In this document: piece after piece, positions 40,064-48,568 of the stretch | Position numbering within the stretch: position 1 is the first letter of the stretch | Layout of the letters: each line of letters starts with the position of its first letter | Source of the DNA: an uncultured Eubacteriales bacterium | Lineage (GTDB): Bacteria; Bacillota; Clostridia; Christensenellales; CALVMC01 | Length of the DNA stretch: 64,000 nucleotides | Direction of reading: 5' to 3' | Assembly (NCBI GenBank): GCA_949296455.1 | Contig: CASFOZ010000003.1 | Span: forward strand, 83,767-147,766 | Made by a program: the position numbers and the translations under genes | The notes under the pieces: generated by a model | Seen by the model: the letters and a program-made list of their open reading frames with translations, nothing else | Databases searched by the model: none | What the model was told of the DNA's origin: nothing

Positions 40064-41329
40064 TTAAATAACTCCGCCCGAATTAATTCTGACATAAGTA
40101 TCGTCCAATGATTTGATTGTTTCCGTTCCTGCAGAGTACATAAAAGCCACTCCTGCAAGTTGATTGATTTCTTCTATGCTGCAAGATGCAGACGCCGCTA
40201 TTGCTCCCTCAACGGCAGTAGAAGAAGCGTCAACCGGCGGGTCAAAAAGTATCGAACACATATACCAATCTCTTATAACCGGATGGGCTTTCATAGAGTT
40301 GCTTCCGTAGCCCGGATAGTTAATAAGCAAAGTCTGAACTACACAAGAAGACAAAACTCTGTTTACGATAAGAGAACCGTCTACAAAACTATTATCCGCA
40401 CGGTAAAATTCCATAGTCATACCACGGCGTTTAAGTTCGTTGAAACATTCTACAAAAGTATCTGCGGAATTACTGTTTATCGAATTTTTCCCAGACCAGG
40501 AAATTATGAAATCCGTAGGCGAAAGTCCGGGAGTCCCGCCGAGATAAGAATCTATATAGGTAAGTCGTTTAGGTATCTGACTGTATTTAATTTGTTTTTC
40601 GGATACAAGTTCGGTAAGAAGGAACATACTCGAAGTTACCAAAACTCCGCCCATAGAATGACCTGCAAATCTAATTTCTTCCTTTCCGAAATCAGAAGGA
40701 AGAAGATTAACTGCACGAATATATTCGGCAACGAAAAGTTCGGAAATAGAAAAATCCAATGAATATTCACTTTGACCGCCCGAAGAAGTCTTGTAGGTGC
40801 CTCCCTTTGCCCAAACCTTAGTTTCAATCTGCATAATACCGTCATCGGCGAATTTTTCCCAACTGAAAACTGCGACATTATATCCTTGGTCAAGCCAAAT
40901 TCTTAAAGTGTTCACCTTTTCCGTATCATAACCGAAATCAGACCCTTTTGCAATATCGAGCGGAACTTCATACGAGTCACGTTCGGAACTTTCTCCTACC
41001 TTTACTCCGTGTGCGTTAATTATGGTAGGCTTGGAAGTATCTACCAAAGCGGCTCCCTCTGCGGTATCAGCCTTGACATAAACTATTTTTTTATTTACAT
41101 CGTCCCATTTGGTCCAAAAAAGACCCTGTGTTTCAAGTTCGGGATTATTTTCATAATCGAGATACACTTCGCTTGCATAATCCTTATATTTATTTGCAAT
41201 TAGATTTTCGTTAATCTGTTCGTTTGAAAAAACAGGATACTCGTTATTATTGCACGCAGCGACCGAAATACAAATTATAGTACTGACAAGCATAAGTACA
41301 ATAAACAAAATAAAGTTTTTCTTTTTCAT
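40064..41329 (-). CDS. Lipoprotein with alpha/beta-hydrolase (lipase-like) motif
   Basis: MKKKN + hydrophobic core + VAAC lipobox; NAHG and GHSMGG motifs. Confidence 0.7.
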   Translation of the reverse strand: MKKKNFILFIVLMLVSTIICISVAACNNNEYPVFSNEQINENLIANKYKDYASEVYLDYENNPELETQGLFWTKWDDVNKKIVYVKADTAEGAALVDTSKPTIINAHGVKVGESSERDSYEVPLDIAKGSDFGYDTEKVNTLRIWLDQGYNVAVFSWEKFADDGIMQIETKVWAKGGTYKTSSGGQSEYSLDFSISELFVAEYIRAVNLLPSDFGKEEIRFAGHSMGGVLVTSSMFLLTELVSEKQIKYSQIPKRLTYIDSYLGGTPGLSPTDFIISWSGKNSINSNSADTFVECFNELKRRGMTMEFYRADNSFVDGSLIVNRVLSSCVVQTLLINYPGYGSNSMKAHPVIRDWYMCSILFDPPVDASSTAVEGAIAASASCSIEEINQLAGVAFMYSAGTETIKSLDDTYVRINSGGVI

Positions 41330-41448
41330 TTTCCCACTTTCCCCACTTAGCATTAAACTAAGAATATAAATAATTATTTATTATTTTACACAATTTCAAA
41401 TAAAATGTAAAACAGAATTTTATAAATAGGTAAATATTGTTAAATTTA

Positions 41449-41477
41449 TTGACAGGTATTGCATACTATGATAATAT
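41449..41477 (+). promoter_or_regulatory. SigA promoter of the lysine operon
   Basis: TTGACA-17-TAATAT with TG extension, just upstream of the riboswitch. Confidence 0.65.
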
Positions 41478-41483
41478 GAAAAT

Positions 41484-41655
41484 GCTGATAGAGGAGCGGT
41501 AGGCATCAGTAGCTTATGCGGAAAGCCTTGCAAGAAAGGCGCATAACGCAAAAGGGCCGATACCGCCGAAATAAAACGCTTCTTGACGGCGTTTTGTTGG
41601 TTGAAACGGCTAATACCTTTCAACTGTCATCTTTAATAGATGGAGGACTATGAGC
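41484..41655 (+). ncRNA. Lysine riboswitch (L-box)
   Basis: ATAGAGGAGCG...CAGTA...AAAGGG...CGCCGAA...TTGG...ACTGTC...GGAGGACTAT; upstream of asd-dapA-dapB. Confidence 0.9.
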
Positions 41656-41677
41656 TAATTTAGATGTAATCGAAATT

Positions 41678-41708
41678 AGTGCATTTCCTTATCGGTAATG
41701 CACTTTTT
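41678..41708 (+). terminator. Lysine riboswitch terminator
   Basis: agtgcatt...aatgcact followed by ttttt. Confidence 0.7.
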
Positions 41709-41727
41709 ATATATTTGGAGGATTAAA

Positions 41728-42726
41728 ATGAAGCAGTACGACATCGCCGTAGTAGGCGCAACGGGAATGGTTGGCAACAAATTTTTGGAAGTTTTGGAAG
41801 AGAGAAAACTTCCCGTAAAAAATTACTATTTATTTGCATCTAAAAAAAGCGCAGGAAAAGTAATAAATTTTATGGGAAAACCCCATACCGTACTCGAATT
41901 AAATAAAGAGAATATATTAAGTCATAAAGCGGATTTTGCATTATTTTCGGCAGGAGGCGGAACTTCAAAAGAATTTGCCCCTATATTTGCCGAATACGGT
42001 TGTATTGTCATAGACAATTCGAGTCAATGGAGAATGGATAAAAATGTTCCTTTGGTAGTTCCCGAAGTTAATCCGGAAGATATTAAAAACAATAAAGGCA
42101 TAATAGCAAATCCTAACTGTTCAACTATACAGGCAATGCTACCCTTAAAAGCGCTTGACGATAAATATAAAATCAAAAGAATAGTTTACAGCACCTATCA
42201 AGCAGTATCGGGAGCAGGAGTTGCAGGATATAACGACCTTAAAAACGGTATTGAGAATATACCTCCGCAGAAATTCCCCTATCCTATATTTAATAACATA
42301 CTTCCTCATATCGATGTATTTCTGGATAACGGATACACGAAAGAAGAAGAAAAAATGATAAACGAAACAAGAAAGATATTGCACAATGACAATTTGAGAA
42401 TAACTGCAACTACGGTCAGAGTTCCCGTATTCGATTGTCACAGCGAATCTATAAATCTCGAATTTGAAAAAGATTGCACTTTGGAAGGAATTAAAGAAGC
42501 TCTTTCGAAAATGAAAAATCTTATTATTGTAGACGAGCCGGGACAAAATAAATATCCTATGCCGGTAAACTGCAAGAACAGAGACGAAGTTTTCGTAGGA
42601 AGAATACGACTCGATAAAAGCGTTAAATCGGGCTGCAATCTATGGGTAGTTGCCGACAATATCAGAAAAGGAGCCGCAACAAACGCAGTACAGATTGTAG
42701 AAGAACTTATTAAAAACAAGGAGTAA
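41728..42726 (+). CDS. asd: Aspartate-semialdehyde dehydrogenase
   Basis: VGATGMVG, DNSS, NPNCST, YQAVSGAG, RVPV, DNIRKGAA; start ATG 41728 after GGAGG. Confidence 0.97.
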   Translation: MKQYDIAVVGATGMVGNKFLEVLEERKLPVKNYYLFASKKSAGKVINFMGKPHTVLELNKENILSHKADFALFSAGGGTSKEFAPIFAEYGCIVIDNSSQWRMDKNVPLVVPEVNPEDIKNNKGIIANPNCSTIQAMLPLKALDDKYKIKRIVYSTYQAVSGAGVAGYNDLKNGIENIPPQKFPYPIFNNILPHIDVFLDNGYTKEEEKMINETRKILHNDNLRITATTVRVPVFDCHSESINLEFEKDCTLEGIKEALSKMKNLIIVDEPGQNKYPMPVNCKNRDEVFVGRIRLDKSVKSGCNLWVVADNIRKGAATNAVQIVEELIKNKE

Positions 42727-42731
42727 ACGAT

Positions 42732-43616
42732 ATGAATAAAAAACCTTTGTTTCAAGGTAGCGCAGTGGCTTTAATCACTCCGTTTACGGAAACGGGAATT
42801 GATTTCAAAGCCCTTGAAAATTTATTGGAATTTCAGATAAAAAACAAAACCGACGCTATCGTAGTTTGCGGAACGACGGGCGAACCTGCGACAATGACGG
42901 CAGAAGAGAAAAAAGAAGTAATTAAATTCTGCATAGAAAAAATAAACAAGCGTGTGACCGTTATTGTAGGAACGGGAACAAACAACACGAAAACGGCTAT
43001 TGAAAATTCTGTTTTTGCGGAAAAAGCAGGAGCCGACGGACTACTTGCCGTCACGCCCTACTATAATAAGTGCACGCAAAAAGGATTGGAAGAATATTAT
43101 CTTTCCATAGCTGACAGCGTTAATATACCCGTCATCGCATATAATGTTCCCGGAAGAACGGGCGTTAATATACTTCCTAAAACTATGGAAAAAATTTCAG
43201 AGCACCGCAATATAAACGGAATAAAGGAAGCTTCGGCTAATATTGACCAGATAACCGATACGGCAACCCGTATCAAAGATAAATGCTATTTATATTCCGG
43301 GGACGACGCAGTAGTTCTCCCTATTATGGCTCTTGGCGGTAAAGGAGTTATAAGCGTTGCGGCGAATGTAATCCCTGAAAAGATGAACCGCCTTACTCAT
43401 TTTGCTTTACAAAACAACTACGAAAAAGCCAAAGAAATGCAGCTTGAACTTTATCCCTTTATCAAAGCTCTTTTTGTAGAAGTTAATCCTATACCCGCTA
43501 AATATGTTTTATCGAAAATGGGTCTTTGTAAAAATATTTTAAGAGAACCTTTAACCACTTTAGAAAAAACAAACGAAAGTCTTTTGGACGGTTTTATAAA
43601 AGAATTTATAAAATAA
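42732..43616 (+). CDS. dapA: 4-hydroxy-tetrahydrodipicolinate synthase
   Basis: GTTGE, PYYNK, YNVPGRT, GIKEAS, NPIP. Confidence 0.97.
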   Translation: MNKKPLFQGSAVALITPFTETGIDFKALENLLEFQIKNKTDAIVVCGTTGEPATMTAEEKKEVIKFCIEKINKRVTVIVGTGTNNTKTAIENSVFAEKAGADGLLAVTPYYNKCTQKGLEEYYLSIADSVNIPVIAYNVPGRTGVNILPKTMEKISEHRNINGIKEASANIDQITDTATRIKDKCYLYSGDDAVVLPIMALGGKGVISVAANVIPEKMNRLTHFALQNNYEKAKEMQLELYPFIKALFVEVNPIPAKYVLSKMGLCKNILREPLTTLEKTNESLLDGFIKEFIK

Positions 43617-43627
43617 TTTAGGTGCAT

Positions 43628-44827
43628 ATGTTGAAAATTATAATAAACGGAATTAACGGAAAAATAGGTAGAGTTCTTTACTCTATAACTGAAAAGTGCG
43701 ACGATATAACCGTTGTTGCGGGAATCGATAAATTTATCGCAAACGATTTAAATATCACTCAATATAAATCTTTAAGCGACTGCAAGGAAGAAGCCGATGT
43801 AATAATCGATTTTTCAAGACCCGATGCCACGGGAGAGCTTTTAAATTTCGCTCTTGAAAAAAGGATTCCTCTTGTAATCGCAACAACCGGTCAAAGCCCG
43901 GAACAGCAATCGGCAATACTTCTCGCTTCAAAAGATATTCCTATTTTTCAGGCAAGCAATATGTCGCTCGGTATTAACCTTTTAATTGAATTATCTAAAA
44001 ATGCCGGCAGATTTTTAGGTACAAGCTATGATATTGAAATAATAGAACAGCATCACAATCAAAAGGTAGATGCTCCAAGCGGTACCGCCCTTACAATAGC
44101 AAACGCAATCAACAACGAAGTATATGCGGGTAAAAAATACTTTAAAAACGGAAGAGAAAATAAAAACGAAAAAAGAAAGCCTGAAGAAATAGGTATTCAC
44201 GCAATAAGAGGCGGTAATATTGTCGGGAAACACAGTGTAATGTTTATCGGAAACGATGAAATAATAGATATTTCACACGAAGCGCAAAGCAGACAAGTTT
44301 TTGCATACGGCGCTTTAAAGGCAGCTCGTTTCATTTGCGATAAAGCGCCGGGATATTACGGAATGAAAGATATTATAGGAAAAGAATATTCTGTAACAAC
44401 GGTTTTTGCAGAGCCCTCCACTGCCTTCATTTCCCTAAAAAACGAAAGTTCGGAATTCATTTCAGAAGTCTTAGACGAACTTGATAAAGGAAACGTCAAT
44501 ATTGATATGATAGCAAAAACTCTAAACGAAAACAATAACAGCGATATAACATTCACTCTTCCCGAAAAAGACTATGAAACCTCCTGTAAAATGCTTAAAA
44601 ACAAAGGATTCAATTTTGCTTCAAAAAAAGGTCTTTCTAAAATAACTGTTGAAGGACTCGGTATGGAACACTCTTCCGGTATAGCAAAAAAAGTTTTAAA
44701 TATATTTAAAAATTTAAAAATAGAAATTTATGCTATAACAACTTCGAAAAATAAAATTACCTGTCTGTCCGACGAACGGCACGAAGAAAAAGTTTTGAAA
44801 GCATTAAAAGAAGCTTTTAATATTTAA
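43628..44827 (+). CDS. dapB: 4-hydroxy-tetrahydrodipicolinate reductase fused to C-terminal tandem ACT domains
   Basis: DFSRP, ATTG, ASNMSLG, EQHHNQKVDAPSGTA, IRGGNIVGKH in the first ~250 aa; ~150-aa extension resembling an aspartokinase regulatory region. Confidence 0.9.
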   Translation: MLKIIINGINGKIGRVLYSITEKCDDITVVAGIDKFIANDLNITQYKSLSDCKEEADVIIDFSRPDATGELLNFALEKRIPLVIATTGQSPEQQSAILLASKDIPIFQASNMSLGINLLIELSKNAGRFLGTSYDIEIIEQHHNQKVDAPSGTALTIANAINNEVYAGKKYFKNGRENKNEKRKPEEIGIHAIRGGNIVGKHSVMFIGNDEIIDISHEAQSRQVFAYGALKAARFICDKAPGYYGMKDIIGKEYSVTTVFAEPSTAFISLKNESSEFISEVLDELDKGNVNIDMIAKTLNENNNSDITFTLPEKDYETSCKMLKNKGFNFASKKGLSKITVEGLGMEHSSGIAKKVLNIFKNLKIEIYAITTSKNKITCLSDERHEEKVLKALKEAFNI

Positions 44828-44842
44828 CTTTTCACCTAAGCG

Positions 44843-45484
44843 ATGAAGAAACATAAAAATATTTTAATAACGATAATTTCGGCGATTCTTGCTGTTGTAA
44901 CCTTTTTCGTTTATCTTAAAGAAGACGAATTAGTTTATATATACATAGGAGTCGCCTTTGTTTTCGGTTCTATTTATTTTGCGTACAGATATATTTTACA
45001 GTTAAAAGAAGAAGCAAAGAAGAAATTAAAAAACAATCCCGAAATAAAAATAAAAAAAATCAAAGACAAAGAAACAGAATCAAAAAGCGAAAAACTATCC
45101 AATCGATTTGAAAAAATAGCCATTCGCTACCCTGACGGAAAAGTGCGCTACGAAGTTGCCGCAAAAACCAAAGCGCCGCAAGGATATTGTTTTTATTCCG
45201 ACGACAGCCAAACCTATCATACTCATGCCGATTGCTATGTTAACTGGAAGCCCGAATACAGAAAAAGTCTGCTTATGTGGAACTGTATCAAAACAGAATC
45301 CGCAATAAAATACGGATACAAAAAATGCAAATTTTGTGAAAAGGCGGACAGTTACGAAAAAGAATTATCGGAAAACCAAATTAAATGCAATATAATAAAT
45401 GAACCTTCAAATATTAATAGCAAAGAACCCTTATCCGATAATAACGAGAAAACCGAATACGGTGATATTACTTCGGAAAATTAA
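44843..45484 (+). CDS. Membrane protein with C-terminal putative metal-binding domain (YH..C...GY..C..C, Ada-like)
   Basis: Two N-terminal TM helices; YHTHADC...AIKYGYKKCKFC. Confidence 0.55.
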   Translation: MKKHKNILITIISAILAVVTFFVYLKEDELVYIYIGVAFVFGSIYFAYRYILQLKEEAKKKLKNNPEIKIKKIKDKETESKSEKLSNRFEKIAIRYPDGKVRYEVAAKTKAPQGYCFYSDDSQTYHTHADCYVNWKPEYRKSLLMWNCIKTESAIKYGYKKCKFCEKADSYEKELSENQIKCNIINEPSNINSKEPLSDNNEKTEYGDITSEN

Positions 45485-46266
45485 TTTTTAAAATATTTAT
45501 CGTTATAACCTGACCTGAACTTAGGAATATTCCCGTTTAAATTAACTATTCTGTCGTGGCTTATATTGAATTTCTTTATTATTTCCCAAGCCATACTGCA
45601 ATTTCCTATATTTGAGACCTTATGCGCATCAGAATTAAGTATAAATTTTACATCGGTTTTAAGCATATCCTCAATATCCTTATCAGTAGTGACAAGATGC
45701 CTTGAAGAAAGTTCTATAAATGTTCCGTAATCGGCGCAAGCCTTTGCTACCTCTCCGCAATTAACTTTAAGAGAATAATTAATGTGAGCAAGAACATCTA
45801 TAGTGTTATTTTTTACGGCTTCAATAAGAGCATGGGTATGTCTTTTAAGTACGCTTTTCGTAGGCGGAAAAATTCCGCAAAAATAAGAATTCATATAAAT
45901 ATTTTTTAAATCGGAAAGCTTGTCCGGTCGTACCGGTTTATGAAATCCGCATAAGATAATATTAAATTCTTTCTGTCTTTCCTTCGGAATATCGATAACG
46001 CCTTCCGAGCCTATAAGGTTTGATTCAACACCGAAAAGAATATCGATATCGGGAAATTCCTTTCTGCAATTTTCTATATCGTTTAACTGATTAATTATCT
46101 TTTTTTCAGTAAGTCCGAACATAATATGTTTTAAACTATGGTCGGAAATCGCTATTTGTTTAAATCCGAGTTCTTTTGCTTTAATAACATTATCTCTTAC
46201 AGAACCTTTCCCGTGACTGTAAGTTGTATGAGTATGGTAATCTCCGAACAGCTGATATTCACTCAA
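45481..46266 (-). CDS. PHP-domain phosphoesterase
   Basis: DYHTHT..SHG, ISDH, GVE, AH, NSDAH. Confidence 0.88.
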   Translation of the reverse strand: MSEYQLFGDYHTHTTYSHGKGSVRDNVIKAKELGFKQIAISDHSLKHIMFGLTEKKIINQLNDIENCRKEFPDIDILFGVESNLIGSEGVIDIPKERQKEFNIILCGFHKPVRPDKLSDLKNIYMNSYFCGIFPPTKSVLKRHTHALIEAVKNNTIDVLAHINYSLKVNCGEVAKACADYGTFIELSSRHLVTTDKDIEDMLKTDVKFILNSDAHKVSNIGNCSMAWEIIKKFNISHDRIVNLNGNIPKFRSGYNDKYFKN

Positions 46267-47155
46267 TGTATTTTACCTCTTTTTCAAAAAATAAGCCGTA
46301 GTCCTTAAACAATTTTTCTTGCAGAAAAGCTGTAAGCGATAAATAATCGCTTGTTGTGGCACCGCCGGTATTAACAATAAAATTAGCATGAACCGAGGAA
46401 ACCGAAGCCTTTCCTATAGAATAACCTTTAAGACCTGATTTGTCAATGTAATAGCCGGCACTTTTATCATTAATTTTTTTGAATACGCTTCCCAGCGAAG
46501 GCATTTTCGGCTGAGTAGAATATCTACGGTTTATAAGTTCAAAGAGTCTTTTTTTTATTTCGGAAATACTGTCTTCTTTAAGAATAATTACAGCGCTTAA
46601 AACGGTATACTTGTTTTTTTCTACAAGACTGTGTCTGTACTGCATATTTAAATCATTGGGGGTAACTTTAAAAATTTTCCCGTTGTAATCGAGCACCGTG
46701 ACGCTTTGAATAATATCCTTCATTTCGGACCCGAAAGCCCCTGCATTCATACAAACCGCACCGCCTAAAGTACCGGGAATATTTGAAGCGAATTCAAATC
46801 CGGTCAAACCGAATTTAAGAGCGGTATCAGAAATTTTTCTGAGCGACGCACCTGCTTGCGCTAAGATTTTATCTCCGTAAACTTCAACCGAATCCATCTT
46901 TTTCGTATTGATTAAAATACCGTCATAACCACGGTCAGAAATCAAAGTATTGCTTAAATTCCCCGTTATTTTGCATTCTCCCGTCATTTTTAAAGAAAAA
47001 TCGTTTATTATGGCTAATTGCTCTTCTGTTTTAGGATACGCAATATAAGATATTATACCGCCGCTTTTGAAGCCGGTTATTTTTTTGGCGTCTTTTCCTT
47101 TTTCGATAAAAATTCCGTCTTTTTCCAATGTTTTGATTTTGTCTTTAAAAGACAT
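46259..47155 (-). CDS. murB: UDP-N-acetylenolpyruvoylglucosamine reductase
   Basis: IPGTLGGAVCMNAGA, YRHS, QP..PSLGSVFK, HANFIVN. Confidence 0.93.
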   Translation of the reverse strand: MSFKDKIKTLEKDGIFIEKGKDAKKITGFKSGGIISYIAYPKTEEQLAIINDFSLKMTGECKITGNLSNTLISDRGYDGILINTKKMDSVEVYGDKILAQAGASLRKISDTALKFGLTGFEFASNIPGTLGGAVCMNAGAFGSEMKDIIQSVTVLDYNGKIFKVTPNDLNMQYRHSLVEKNKYTVLSAVIILKEDSISEIKKRLFELINRRYSTQPKMPSLGSVFKKINDKSAGYYIDKSGLKGYSIGKASVSSVHANFIVNTGGATTSDYLSLTAFLQEKLFKDYGLFFEKEVKYIE

Positions 47156-47186
47156 AAAAAAAGCCTCTCATATAAGTTTTTCTGTC

Positions 47187-47214
47187 AATATATGAAAAGC
47201 TTTTTATAAATGTT
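47187..47214 (-). promoter_or_regulatory. Possible sigK/sigE-type promoter upstream of murB
   Basis: aACA-16-CATATATT. Confidence 0.4.
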
Positions 47215-47221
47215 AATAAAT

Positions 47222-48544
47222 TTATTTTTTTATAAAGAACTGATTATAAATTGCTTCGATAGCCTTTTCGTAATCGGCGTCGGCAACGGCAACGATTATG
47301 TTAAGCTCGCTGCTTCCCTGGTCAATCATTTTAACGTTTATATCGGCATCGGACAAAGCCTTGAAAAGTTTTGCTGCGGTACCCGGCTTATAAGCCATTC
47401 CGTGTCCGACTGTTGCAATTAAAGCAATACCGTTTGTAAGTTCTATATGGTCGGGATTTACCGTATGGGTTATCTTTTGAATTACGGCATCGCTCTTTCC
47501 TATAAGTTCGCTTTCTGCGACAATGACGCAAAGTGTGTCTATTCCGGACGGCATATGCTCGAAAGAAATTTCATATTCTTCGAGTATCGTAAGTACCTTT
47601 CTTGCAAAACCCAATTCGCTGTTCATCATTGATTTTTCTATGGAAATCAACGCAAAATTCTTTTTTCCCGCAATACCAGTAATAAGGCTTCCGTTATCTT
47701 TTTCGCTAATTTCGGGAAGTATCATCGTTCCTGAATTTTCCGGTTCGAAAGTATTTCGTATATTAATCGGAATCCCCGCCGATTTAAGCGGAAATATCGA
47801 TTCGGGATGCAAAACGTTTGCTCCCATATAGGAAAGTTCTCTGAGTTCTTTATATGATAATTTTTCTATTCTTTTGGGATTTTTTACGATGCGTGGGTCG
47901 GTACACATAAATCCGTTTACATCGGTCCAGTTCTCGTATACGGAAGCATTTACTGCTTTTGCGATAATTGCCCCGGTTACATCTGAACCTCCCCTTGAAA
48001 AAGTCTTAACCGTTCCCGTAATGTCTGCTCCGTAGAATCCCGGAACAACCGCATTATCGAGATTACATAATACGGCAGCGGTTTTTGCATTTGTTTTTTC
48101 TTCGTCAAGCTGTCCTTTTTCATTGAAAAAAACTATATCTTTAGCGTCTATAAAATTATAGCCTAAATATTCGCTTAAAATTCTTGCAGAAAGATATTCG
48201 CCTCTTGATGCGGCATATTCCATAGTTCTGTTCAAATAAATTCCTTTTTCGACTTCATTAAGAACTGAGTCGATATCGAAATTCATTTTTAAATCGGATA
48301 CGATTTTCTTAAACCTTAACTTGATTTTTTCAAAGTATTCGGAAATATCTCCGCTAATCTGCAATTCGTGTGCACAAGAGTAAAGCAAATCGGTAACTTT
48401 AATATCATCGCCGCTTCTTTTGCCGGGAGCGGAAACAACGACAAATCTTCTTTCTTTATCGCTTTTAATTATATTACAAACTTTTTTAATGGATTCAGCA
48501 TCGGCCATAGATGTCCCGCCGAACTTAACAACTTTAATATCCAT
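47222..48544 (-). CDS. lysC: Aspartate kinase with two C-terminal ACT domains
   Basis: KFGGTS, VVSAPGKR, SRGE, FSRGGSD, TDVNG, ELSYMGA. Confidence 0.92.
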   Translation of the reverse strand: MDIKVVKFGGTSMADAESIKKVCNIIKSDKERRFVVVSAPGKRSGDDIKVTDLLYSCAHELQISGDISEYFEKIKLRFKKIVSDLKMNFDIDSVLNEVEKGIYLNRTMEYAASRGEYLSARILSEYLGYNFIDAKDIVFFNEKGQLDEEKTNAKTAAVLCNLDNAVVPGFYGADITGTVKTFSRGGSDVTGAIIAKAVNASVYENWTDVNGFMCTDPRIVKNPKRIEKLSYKELRELSYMGANVLHPESIFPLKSAGIPINIRNTFEPENSGTMILPEISEKDNGSLITGIAGKKNFALISIEKSMMNSELGFARKVLTILEEYEISFEHMPSGIDTLCVIVAESELIGKSDAVIQKITHTVNPDHIELTNGIALIATVGHGMAYKPGTAAKLFKALSDADINVKMIDQGSSELNIIVAVADADYEKAIEAIYNQFFIKK

Positions 48545-48568
48545 TGATTCCTCCGTTTATCCGAACGA

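Noticed and set aside
41351-41390. Possible fifth leaderless start (TATTCT-7 nt-ATG at 41353) for the lipoprotein
   Set aside because: Weak -10, different spacing and no good -35; the downstream ATG at 41329 has a purine-rich SD-like stretch and gives a canonical signal peptide.
41437-41455. TTGTTAA-n5-TTGACAG resembling a Rex operator at the lysine operon promoter
   Set aside because: The spacing is one base off the 18-bp Rex palindrome, and the right half is simply the -35 hexamer.
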